Source: Edaphobacter sp. (lineage in GTDB: Bacteria; Acidobacteriota; Terriglobia; Terriglobales; Acidobacteriaceae). From it: 64,000 bases of DNA. Numbering within the stretch: position 1 is the stretch's first letter; the number at the start of each line of letters is the position of its first letter. The notes under the pieces were generated by a model, which did not search any database, was not told where the DNA came from, and worked only from the letters and a program-made list of their open reading frames with translations. The position numbers were made by a program, and so were the translations under genes. Positions 29,100 through 37,479 of the stretch are shown piece by piece. Where the stretch lies: NCBI GenBank assembly GCA_035317185.1, contig DATHHN010000048.1, forward strand, positions 27,194-91,193. The letters run 5' to 3'.

Positions 29100-29990
29100 C
29101 TATCGAAGAAGTGCGGTGTACATGTTGATGATGCGGTCGCCGAACTGCGCGGAGAAGAGTCCGCCGATGGCAAGGAAGCTGCCGAAGGCTAGCTTGGTGG
29201 TGGCATGGGCTTTGCCTCGGAACAGCAGGACGACTCCGTAGAGGCTTGCAAGCAGAACGCCGATAAAGAGGGCGAGGATCGATGGCCAGAAGCCGAGAAA
29301 GGCGGCGATCATGGCGAGGAGCTTTACGTCGCCCAAACCCATACCTTCGCGATGGCGAAGGGCTTTATAGAGCCAGCGGACGACCAGGAGGATGAGAGCG
29401 GCTCCGACGATGGCGGCGATACGGCCGAAGATGAGGCTTTCGGGGCCAGTGAGGAAGACGTTGCCGTGATCGGTTACTCCTCCGGGACTGGTGAGGTGAA
29501 GGCTATGTTTGGTGAGAAGGACTTGGTCTTCGGTGGGGCCGAGGAAGATTGCCTGGGTGCAGACGAGGAAGATGGCGATGGCGATCCCGGTCAGGGTGAA
29601 GGTGTCGGGGAGGGTTAATGTCTGCCAGTCGATGACGATGAGGCCTATCAGGAGGAAGCCGAGGATGGCGAGGGATACGATCTCGAGCTTATAGATAACG
29701 CTGGGAGGTGCCGATTGAAGCTGTATCGCCTGCACCATGAACCAGAGGCCTACAGCGAGCTCTACGAGCGGATAACTCCGCGGAATGGACTGTTTGCAGT
29801 CGCGGCAGTGGCCCCGGAGGAGGAGCCAGCTCAGGAGGGGGATGTTGTCGTACCAGCGGATCGTCGCTCCGCATTGTGGGCAGCGGGAACGAGGGTGGAC
29901 GATCGACTCACCATTAGGTATGCGAGAGATGCAGACGTTCAGGAAGCTGCCGAAGATGAGACCTATAAGGAAGCCGAAGAGCTGGATCAC
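29100..29990 (-). CDS. pilD: Prepilin peptidase (A24A)
   Basis: GSFLNVCISRIP, RSRCPQC, NIPLLSWLLLRGHCRDC, IDW..LPD, GMGLGDVKL, AFGSFLA. Confidence 0.93.
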   Translation of the reverse strand: MIQLFGFLIGLIFGSFLNVCISRIPNGESIVHPRSRCPQCGATIRWYDNIPLLSWLLLRGHCRDCKQSIPRSYPLVELAVGLWFMVQAIQLQSAPPSVIYKLEIVSLAILGFLLIGLIVIDWQTLTLPDTFTLTGIAIAIFLVCTQAIFLGPTEDQVLLTKHSLHLTSPGGVTDHGNVFLTGPESLIFGRIAAIVGAALILLVVRWLYKALRHREGMGLGDVKLLAMIAAFLGFWPSILALFIGVLLASLYGVVLLFRGKAHATTKLAFGSFLAIGGLFSAQFGDRIINMYTALLR

Positions 29991-30162
29991 AATCTGGAGT
30001 ATACGGTCTTGGGGTTAGGTTCGAGGCTACATCCCTACCCGTACTTTTTTGCGCAAAGTATTCAATTGATGTGGCTTAGGTTCGTACTTTTGGTTTTAGG
30101 GCAGACATAGAGTGGATCCATGGATAGGGATACCGTAAACGTAAGGTAGAGGAAAACAACCA

Positions 30163-30217
30163 CAGGTCCTTCGACTCCGCAACTCGCAAGTGCGCGAGTT
30201 GCTCCGCTTAGGATGAC
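30163..30217. repeat. REP-like element with an extended hairpin
   Basis: CAGGTCCTTCGACTCC-GCAACTCGC-AAGTGC-GCGAGTTGC-TCCGCTTAGGATGAC; GGATGAC end as at 18007. Confidence 0.7.
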
Positions 30218-30273
30218 ACTTCGATTTTGACCACATCATCTTTTTTTGAAAAACCGGTCTAGGAAAAACCGAT

Positions 30274-31722
30274 CTAGAAGTCGACGTGCATTCTTAGGGA
30301 TTCGACCAGGACCGGACCACGATCTCTGTTGTAGCCGGGGTGGTTGATGGATTGGAGGTCGAGCGCGTAGTAGACGCCGCGCCACGCGTGCAGATTGTAG
30401 TAAGCTTCGACGATGTTTTCGCGACCGTAGTTCAGTTTGCCGTCACCGAGCAGGAAACCGAGGCCACCGTAGGCCAGGTAGTTCTGGTGGTCTTTCTTGA
30501 TGGCATTGCTGACGAAGGTCACGCCCAGCTTGTCGTTGGGGCGGGACCATCCGCGTCCGGAGTAGTCGCCGCCGAACGAGACGGTCTGATCGACCTCGGT
30601 GTAGGCGAAGGACTCGTGCTGGCCCTCGTTCCAGCCGATGCGGGTGAAGGCGCGGAGGTTCCGGGTCACTTCCTGCTCGGCGTTGAGGGCGAAGCCGTAC
30701 TTTACGGAGCTGAACTTCCTGTGTGCGACGATGTCGGGCTTGGGATCCTGTCCGGCGAGGAAGGCATTTACGGCGTCACGATAGAGGCCCATGTTGGCAT
30801 GGTTGACGAAGCTGAGCACGCGGACGGTGCCTTTGCGGTCGGAGGAGACGAGTGGACCGAGCAGCGATTTACGGAGCTCGAACTCCATATTTTGTCCACT
30901 GGCGCGGCTGATGGCCCAGTCGAGGTCGATGCCGTTGGCGGTGGTGGGCATGGCGGCGAGACCGTAGCGGGCGGACCAGTTTTTGTCGTGGTATTCAAGG
31001 ACGCCGGCGTAGGTGTAGCCGCGGGTATCGGCGGCGTAGTCCCAGGCTCCGTTGTTGTCGATGGTCCAATTGAGGAACTGGAGGTGGCTGTCGGAGCCGA
31101 CGGTGTTGATGTCGAAGTAGTCGGGGAGGCTCATCTTGCCGAAGTGGAGCTCGAAGCGACGCTCGGGAACCTGCGTAGCCAGAGCGAAAGGTGTGCGTTC
31201 GCTTTCGATGAGCTTGTCGGTGAGGCCGAGGGTCTGGTGAATCTGAACGCGGGCGATGTAGGGCTTCGAGCCGAGGTTTGGGTTGCGGACGACGTCGAGG
31301 TTGGTGAAGCCGGCGAGACCGAGCGCCTGGCTGATGCCGCGGCCGCCGGAGGATTCAATGTCCAGGATGGCGTCGGTGTTGTACCGGGGGTTGCGGTTGA
31401 CCTGCGCTCCGAGGAAGAGCGTTCCGAGCAGGGAAGTCTTGTATTCGCCTCGGCTTTGGAGGCTGTTGATTCCTTCGTAGGGAGAGTGGAAGGGGCCGTG
31501 GCCCTGCAGGATGATATTGGCTTGCCCGGTCGCCAGAAAGCGGGAGGTTTCAGAGTGCGGAAAGATGGTCAGGGGTGGGTCTGTCTCTGGTGCCGATGGT
31601 TTGGACGGAGCCGCGGGTTTGCTTGGATGCGGATCTTCCGGGAGCAGATCCTGGCCATAGCAAGTGAGCGAAAGAGTAAGAAGAAAGAGAGCGGCCAGCG
31701 CTTGCATCGAGTCCTTGGGCAT
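30274..31722 (-). CDS. OprB/carbohydrate-porin-family outer membrane porin (similar in type to the MnoP metal porin)
   Basis: Signal peptide MQALAALFLLTLSLTCYGQ; GGRGISQALGLAGFTNLD, WTIDNNGAWDYAADTRGYTYAG, GFLLGDGKLNYGRENIVEAYY; C-terminal Phe. Start 31722 or 31707 (SD AAGGA). Confidence 0.85.
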   Translation of the reverse strand: MPKDSMQALAALFLLTLSLTCYGQDLLPEDPHPSKPAAPSKPSAPETDPPLTIFPHSETSRFLATGQANIILQGHGPFHSPYEGINSLQSRGEYKTSLLGTLFLGAQVNRNPRYNTDAILDIESSGGRGISQALGLAGFTNLDVVRNPNLGSKPYIARVQIHQTLGLTDKLIESERTPFALATQVPERRFELHFGKMSLPDYFDINTVGSDSHLQFLNWTIDNNGAWDYAADTRGYTYAGVLEYHDKNWSARYGLAAMPTTANGIDLDWAISRASGQNMEFELRKSLLGPLVSSDRKGTVRVLSFVNHANMGLYRDAVNAFLAGQDPKPDIVAHRKFSSVKYGFALNAEQEVTRNLRAFTRIGWNEGQHESFAYTEVDQTVSFGGDYSGRGWSRPNDKLGVTFVSNAIKKDHQNYLAYGGLGFLLGDGKLNYGRENIVEAYYNLHAWRGVYYALDLQSINHPGYNRDRGPVLVESLRMHVDF

Positions 31723-31998
31723 TCGGGATGATCGTATTAAGGGTGCAGGAGAAGTATGAATATAGAGCAAACAGCCTGCCTTCAAAGAACGACGGGAGAA
31801 GGCAGGCCGCATTGATCCGGGGTCGTCGTCATGGTCGGCGAGGGTATCCGCGATGACTGCGGGCAGGGCGAACCAGACACAGGCGAGCGGACAACGCTCA
31901 TCCGCGGTTTCAACCCAGCGGCGAACGATATCGGGGCGAGGACGGGACATCTTTGATCGATTAAGATGCAACATCCGTTTGGTCATTTGCATGATCAT
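31723..31998 (-). other. In-frame upstream leader region of the porin with its own SD/ATG and an internal hairpin
   Basis: AAAGGAG then ATG 31998; encodes ...IVRRWVETADERCPLACVW...DHDDD...; 10-bp stem GCCTGCCTTC/GAAGGCAGGC at 31774-31807; no stop before the porin. Confidence 0.45.
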
Positions 31999-32070
31999 TT
32001 GGCTGACTTCTCCTTTCTGCTGCAAGACTGGCTGTGAAGGGCTTGCGTCGCGGATGAACAACACTGATAG

Positions 32071-32089
32071 TATACCCCCGTAGGGTATA
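32071..32089. promoter_or_regulatory. CsoR/RcnR-type operator
   Basis: TATACCC-CCGTA-GGGTATA (AT-rich inverted repeat flanking C/G tracts) between the divergent porin and repressor; overlaps a minus-strand TATACT (32074-32069). Confidence 0.8.
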
Positions 32090-32101
32090 GGAGTTATATT
32101 T

Positions 32102-32377
32102 ATGTCACACGTAAATCGTGAAAAAGCGAAGCTGCTGAATCGAATGAAACGGATTCGCGGGCAGATGGAATCGGTCGAGCGAAAGCTTGCAGCCGAGGAC
32201 CATGACTGCGCCGAGGTTTTGATGCTGTTGGCTGCGGTGAGGGGCGGTATCAACGGCTTGATGGCGGAGGTTCTGGAGGACCATATCCGGCTGCATCTTT
32301 TGCAGGACGGTCACGCTCCACTTACACCGGATCTGGGAGAAGATCTGATCGATCTGGTACGGGCGTATCTGAAATGA
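32102..32377 (+). CDS. rcnR: RcnR-type Ni/Co-sensing repressor (CsoR/RcnR family)
   Basis: LLNRMKRIRGQ, and the His3-Cys36-His61-His65 fingerprint counted in the translation. Confidence 0.88.
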   Translation: MSHVNREKAKLLNRMKRIRGQMESVERKLAAEDHDCAEVLMLLAAVRGGINGLMAEVLEDHIRLHLLQDGHAPLTPDLGEDLIDLVRAYLK

Positions 32378-32438
32378 CTGTGCCTTGTGCTCCCGACTCC
32401 CGAGCGGCTGTTGTGCGCCGCTCAGGAATTGGTTGTGT

Positions 32439-32660
32439 CTAGCGGCCTTTGACCCCAACTGCGACCAAGCCGACACCGGCGACAAGTGCGAGGGTGCTAA
32501 GGATGGGGGAGATTGGCAATGTGTCCTTGGTTTCGTGGGAGACCTGGACGGGTCCGAGATCGACGTCTTTCTTCTGGTGCGTGAAGGAGATGCCTCCGGT
32601 GGCAAATCCGATGATGGCTAGGAGAATGAGCAAAGCTCCGATGATGGTTGCTGGTTTCAT
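32439..32660 (-). CDS. Small two-TM protein (DUF3185-like)
   Basis: Two hydrophobic helices around a DLGPVQVSHE loop. Confidence 0.75.
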   Translation of the reverse strand: MKPATIIGALLILLAIIGFATGGISFTHQKKDVDLGPVQVSHETKDTLPISPILSTLALVAGVGLVAVGVKGR

Positions 32661-32811
32661 GGATGGGGTTGACCTTTCGTGCGTCTACGTGCGCGTTATG
32701 CAGTGAGATGCGTAAGTTATTGCAAAGCGATGCCTTTGATTGCGGAATGGACGAGGGCAGTGGTTGGTTTGGTAAACTTGCGGCGTTCTGCGGCATCTGT
32801 GGGAGGTCACT

Positions 32812-35067
32812 TTGTTGAGTCGATCCGTTCCTGTATTTGCGTTGTTTTGTGCAACGGCGAGTTTGCTGGCTCAACAGCAGAGCTTCGGCGGCTCGCTGAG
32901 CGGAAGGCTTACTGACCTTTCAGGCGTGAATGTAGCCGAGGCTACCGTAACGGTGGTGCAGGATGGAACGGAACGATCGTTTTCGACGGCCAGCGATCGA
33001 AATGGAAGGTTCCAGTTTGCCGATCTTCCGGACGGGCGCTATGAGGTGACGGTGCACCGCGCCAACTTCGCCGATGCAAGGCGAGTTGTGACTGTGCAGG
33101 GGCATGAGGCAGCGGTAGTATCTGTTCAACTTGGAAAAGCAGAAAGTGCGGCGCAGCCTAGTCAACGGCTCATCTTCAATACTCCACGATCAAACACTGC
33201 GACGATGCCACTGCTCGACGAGCCTCGGCCTGTGGGTGAGGGGCAGGCGATTGAGATGCCCGATATGCTCAACGGCCTGACGGCGATCCAGGAATTTCGG
33301 GTGATGAACGATGCGTATCGTGCAGGGGTTTCTATGGGCATCCCGGGCGCGAATGCGGCGATGGTTCATGGTGAAGTGTATGGTTTGGCGGGAAACTCGC
33401 TGATGGGTTTGAACGGAATGCTGACCGCTGTTCAGGTTCCGTTGGCGCAGTATGGCGGATCGGTGGGAGGAGCGAGCCAACGCGGAGGGAGCTCGTATTT
33501 TGTGGGTTTCGACCAGAACTCGATGGATCGAAACAAGGTACTCGCGGGTAGTGTTGGCCAGCCTCTTTTACAAAAGGATTCTGCGGGGCACTCGCTGGTG
33601 TCCAATCAGCTTCTGGCGCGAATCGACCATCAGATTGGACAGCGGGATACGGTGAGTGCACGCTATAGCCGTTCGGCTATGAGTAATCCGTTGCAGGGTG
33701 CCGGGGCGCAGGCAGCGGGCCTCAACATACAGCAGCAGACTGCGACGGTGGACAACACGGTTGCGATTTCGCCGCGGACGATCAATGCGACGCAGGCGCA
33801 GTATGTCGATGGAAGTGTGCGGGTTCCGGCGGGGGCGCCGGCACAGGGCATCCAGGCGGATGTGGCAACGGCACGTCGGTACAGGATCTACGAGGCTGCG
33901 GATAATCTTTATCATCAGATGGGCCGCCAGACTATGCAGGTGGGTGGGGATTTCTTCTTCAACCAGATGAGCGTTGCGTTTCTGGAGGGAGCCTCCGGGA
34001 ACGCGAGTTTTGGCCAATCATCGCGAAACGTGGGTTTCTACGCCCAGAATCAGTGGAAGATGAGACCCGACTTTGTGGTGACGGCAGGGGCTCGGTACGA
34101 CCTTGAGTCGTTGAAAAATGTGCATGCCGATACGAATAATGTCGCACCCCAGGTCGGTTTTGCGTGGGCGCCGGGAGGGTCGAGGAGCACGGTGATTCGG
34201 GGCGGCTTCGGTCTGATGTATGAGCAGCTTCCGCTGCCAACGATCTCGGGCGCGGCGGATTCCATGGGAGCGGTCAACCTGGCGCGGTCGGGAAACTTTA
34301 CGGCTGGCCGCAGCGGCATACCGATCGCGTCGCTGGCCAGTTTCAGTGTGGTCGATCCGATGATTCAAAACTCGTATGCGGAGGAGGCAAATGTGGAGTT
34401 CGAGCAGCAACTCGGTGCGCGAACGACGATTTCGGCAAGCTTGCAGCATGTGAGTGGGCGGCAGATTGAATCCCCTGGCTATAACGCCGCGGCGCTTTGT
34501 GCGGTGGCAAGTGGATGCAGTGCGGGGAATGAATTCTACGGAGGAACGCGGTATACGTCCGGATCGAACTCCTCGTATGACGGCCTCTCGGTCTCGTTCG
34601 TTCAGAGGCCGGTGCGCTGGGGCGATTACAAGGTTTCGTATACGTATGCCACCGCGCAGAGCTCAGGCGCGCAGGAGTACAACGCCATTGTAGGAGACCA
34701 GATGCGGCGGGTGTCTTTTACTGGCGCGCTCCACACTTCGCCGGATGCGGCGACGAATCTGTGGCAGAATCTGAGCCATAACTTTGCGTTGACGGGATAT
34801 GGCGACTTTACAAGGCGCAACGAGATGCCCGGGCTGGACTTTATTCATTTCAATGCTCAGTTGGTCAAGAGTTTTCAGCTAGGGACGCGAGCTCGCCTGG
34901 AAGCAGTGGCGCAATCGTTCAACATGCTGGAACATCGAAACTATTCGATCGATAAAGCAAGGGAAGAGCTGGGGGAGTATGGAGTGAACATCCTCTCGTC
35001 GTACGAACGCGTGTCGGCGCTTGCAACGCCGAATGGAAGCCAGGTCGGGTTGCGGCTGAAGTTCTAA
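32812..35067 (+). CDS. Compact TonB-dependent-receptor-like protein with an N-terminal carboxypeptidase-regulatory-like domain
   Basis: Signal peptide; GRLTDLSG..AEATVTV..GRFQFADLPDGRYEV; YAQNQWK..VTAGARYD, APQVGFAWAP, TVIRGGFG; ends GLRLKF; SD GGAGG. Confidence 0.8.
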   Translation: MLSRSVPVFALFCATASLLAQQQSFGGSLSGRLTDLSGVNVAEATVTVVQDGTERSFSTASDRNGRFQFADLPDGRYEVTVHRANFADARRVVTVQGHEAAVVSVQLGKAESAAQPSQRLIFNTPRSNTATMPLLDEPRPVGEGQAIEMPDMLNGLTAIQEFRVMNDAYRAGVSMGIPGANAAMVHGEVYGLAGNSLMGLNGMLTAVQVPLAQYGGSVGGASQRGGSSYFVGFDQNSMDRNKVLAGSVGQPLLQKDSAGHSLVSNQLLARIDHQIGQRDTVSARYSRSAMSNPLQGAGAQAAGLNIQQQTATVDNTVAISPRTINATQAQYVDGSVRVPAGAPAQGIQADVATARRYRIYEAADNLYHQMGRQTMQVGGDFFFNQMSVAFLEGASGNASFGQSSRNVGFYAQNQWKMRPDFVVTAGARYDLESLKNVHADTNNVAPQVGFAWAPGGSRSTVIRGGFGLMYEQLPLPTISGAADSMGAVNLARSGNFTAGRSGIPIASLASFSVVDPMIQNSYAEEANVEFEQQLGARTTISASLQHVSGRQIESPGYNAAALCAVASGCSAGNEFYGGTRYTSGSNSSYDGLSVSFVQRPVRWGDYKVSYTYATAQSSGAQEYNAIVGDQMRRVSFTGALHTSPDAATNLWQNLSHNFALTGYGDFTRRNEMPGLDFIHFNAQLVKSFQLGTRARLEAVAQSFNMLEHRNYSIDKAREELGEYGVNILSSYERVSALATPNGSQVGLRLKF

Positions 35068-35173
35068 GGCAGAGCTTGCATGAGCGGGAGTGTCAGAGTA
35101 ATCTGCGAGTACACGGGAAAGGAGGATGATCCAGCCTATGAAAATTGACAGTAACAGTTGCATCGATAAGCGT

Positions 35174-35340
35174 GAGGTGACTGAGGCTTAGAGCGTCCCT
35201 TGCTCTAGACCTGGCGGTCTTTTCAGAAGTAATGAAGATCCTTGCCGAGGCTCGTTCCGAGTGGGGACGCCTCAGGTCAATCTCAACAGTTCACCGCCAG
35301 ACGGCTCGTTGCTCCTCGGAGCGCGAGCCGTTTGCGTTTA
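35174..35340 (+). ncRNA. Candidate structured RNA of unknown class
   Basis: TTGACA at 35145-35150; extensive self-complementarity in two alternative folds; a 3' hairpin followed by TTTGCGTTT. Identified by hand, with no family match recognised. Confidence 0.5.
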
Positions 35341-35368
35341 ATGCGGACGACCGCTTTAGAATGGGGCT

Positions 35369-36139
35369 ATGAAACCCCTCGTCATTGCCGGAAGAGCCTT
35401 TCAGTCGCGACTCATTGTTGGAACCGGAAAGTACAAGGACGGTCCGGAGACCCAGGCAGCCATTGAAGCGTCGGGTGCCGAGATGGTTACAGTGGCGGTG
35501 CGCCGAGTGAATCTCGACCGCTCGAGTGAATCGCTGCTGGACTATATCGATCCGCAACGCTATTTCCTGCTGCCGAATACAGCGGGCTGTTATACGGCAG
35601 ACGAGGCGATTCGAGCGGCTCGATTGGGGCGCGAGGTGGGGTTGTCGGACTGGGTGAAGATCGAAGTGATTGGCGACCAGCAGACTCTGTATCCCGATGT
35701 TCAGGCAACGCTTGAGGCGACGCGAGTGTTGGTGAAGGAAGGCTTTACTGTTCTTCCGTATACCTCTGATGACATTGTATTTGCAAAGCGATTGATTGAC
35801 GTTGGGGCGGCGGCGGTGATGCCGCTGGGGGCTCCCATTGGAAGCGGGCTGGGGCTGCAGAACACGGCGAATCTTAGGATTCTGCGAGAGCTGATTACGG
35901 AGGTTCCGCTGATTGTGGACGCTGGTGTTGGGACGGCGTCGGATGCGGCTGTGGCGATGGAGCTTGGTTTCGACGCGGTGCTGATGAACACGGCGATTGC
36001 GCAGGCGAAGGATCCGCTGCTGATGGCCGAAGCGATGCAGCACGCGGTACTGGCGGGACGGCAGGCGTTCCTGGCGGGCCGGATGCCGAGGAAGCTGTAT
36101 GCAACGGCCAGTTCGCCGCTTGAGGGAATCTCTCGATAA
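35369..36139 (+). CDS. thiG: Thiazole synthase
   Basis: [60 protein letters not shown]. Confidence 0.98.
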   Translation: MKPLVIAGRAFQSRLIVGTGKYKDGPETQAAIEASGAEMVTVAVRRVNLDRSSESLLDYIDPQRYFLLPNTAGCYTADEAIRAARLGREVGLSDWVKIEVIGDQQTLYPDVQATLEATRVLVKEGFTVLPYTSDDIVFAKRLIDVGAAAVMPLGAPIGSGLGLQNTANLRILRELITEVPLIVDAGVGTASDAAVAMELGFDAVLMNTAIAQAKDPLLMAEAMQHAVLAGRQAFLAGRMPRKLYATASSPLEGISR

Positions 36140-36195
36140 TGGGCTGTTGATGGTTTCGCTCCATAAGGCAATGGAGTGATCGGGAGCTACTCGAA

Positions 36196-36723
36196 ATGCA
36201 GTACACTTCGCCCATGCGGGTCTTTGGTGTCGATTGCGGGACGGAGTTCACCGGGTACGGTGTGGTCGAGGTGGACTGCGAGGCGCGGATGCCGCGACTG
36301 GTTCATCTTGCTGCGGGAACGATTCGGCTGAACAAGAAGGAGAAGACGCCGCAGCGGCTGGCGCAGGTGTATGCGGAGTTAACAGGTTTGATGGCGCTGC
36401 ATCAGCCTGAGGTCGTGGCGATTGAAGAGGTTTTTTTCTCGGCCAATGCGAAGTCCGCGCTAAAGCTGGGACAGGTTCGTGGGGTGGCAATGCTTGCTGC
36501 GGCGAGTTGCGGGCTTCCCGTAGTGGAGTATGCGCCGCTATCGATCAAGAGCGCGGTCGTAGGGTACGGGCTGGCGGCGAAGGAGCAGGTGCAGTTCATG
36601 GTGACGCGGCTGCTGGAGCTCGATCGGGCGCCGGATTCGGCTGATGCTGCTGACGCACTCGCTATTGCCATTTGCCATATCCATACGTCGCAGACACTTC
36701 TGCAGCAGGGTTCCGTACGATGA
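36196..36723 (+). CDS. ruvC: Holliday junction resolvase RuvC
   Basis: VFGVDCG..TGYGVV, VAIEEVF, LKLGQVRG, VVGYGLAAKEQV, DAADALAIAICH. Confidence 0.97.
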   Translation: MQYTSPMRVFGVDCGTEFTGYGVVEVDCEARMPRLVHLAAGTIRLNKKEKTPQRLAQVYAELTGLMALHQPEVVAIEEVFFSANAKSALKLGQVRGVAMLAAASCGLPVVEYAPLSIKSAVVGYGLAAKEQVQFMVTRLLELDRAPDSADAADALAIAICHIHTSQTLLQQGSVR

Positions 36724-37418
36724 AGATTGCTGCGTTCATGGTTCTTGGAGCGGCGTCGTTCGCTTTTGGCCAGGCTGCGTCGGCGACCGAGCCTCCGGCT
36801 GTGTTGCAGGGGCAAGTGAGCTTCCAGTTTGAGCGCGAGGGATTGCCAGTGCCTCGGTACACGGTGGAGATTCACGAGGATGGAACGGGAAGATATCAGG
36901 CCGATGAGGCAGCGAGTGTACCGAACCAGTCGAGTTCCGCTGCGCAGTATGTGGGTGGGAAGCATATCGATAGAGTGATAACACTGAGTCCGGCTACGGT
37001 GAGCAAGATCTTCAAGCAGGCTCGCTCGCTCGACCGCTTCAACATTACGTGCGATTCAAAGGCGAAGAACATAGCGAACACAGGGAAGAAGACACTGACC
37101 TACGTGGGGCCTGATGGACGGGGTTCTTGCGTGTACAACTACTCCGATAACAAGAATGTCATGGCTCTATCGGATATGTTTCTGGCGATTGCCTTCACGA
37201 TGGATGAGGGGCGACGGCTGGAGTTTTTTCATCGCTACGACCGGTTAGGGCTGGATTCGGAGATGTCGACGCTGTCGCATGAGGTGGACGAGGGGAGGGC
37301 GCTTGAGTTGGGTACCATTGCGCCGACCCTGCAGTCGATTGAAGCTGACACGGCTGTGATTCAGCGGGTACGATTGCGCGCAGGTAAGCTGCTGGAACAA
37401 TCGAAAGACGATAAATAA
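36720..37418 (+). CDS. Secreted hypothetical protein
   Basis: ATGA overlap with the ruvC stop; signal peptide MKIAAFMVLGAASFAFG. Confidence 0.75.
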   Translation: MKIAAFMVLGAASFAFGQAASATEPPAVLQGQVSFQFEREGLPVPRYTVEIHEDGTGRYQADEAASVPNQSSSAAQYVGGKHIDRVITLSPATVSKIFKQARSLDRFNITCDSKAKNIANTGKKTLTYVGPDGRGSCVYNYSDNKNVMALSDMFLAIAFTMDEGRRLEFFHRYDRLGLDSEMSTLSHEVDEGRALELGTIAPTLQSIEADTAVIQRVRLRAGKLLEQSKDDK

Positions 37419-37479
37419 GAAAATAAATGCCGGTGGCGAGCGTCTAATTCTCAGGCGCCGAATTGGGCCGAGGATTGTT

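Noticed and set aside
29991-30160. Short repeats (TTAGGTTCG twice, GTACTTTT twice) between pilD and the porin
   Set aside because: May be a degenerate lineage repeat, but the copies are too short to call from this window alone.
30274-32253. ORF-track start of the porin at 32253
   Set aside because: It would run antisense through rcnR and across the operator; plausible starts are 31998, 31722 or 31707.
35170-35368. TPP riboswitch upstream of thiG
   Set aside because: The CUGAGA, ACCUGA and GCGUAGG-type consensus elements are not present in the required order; reported instead as an unassigned RNA.
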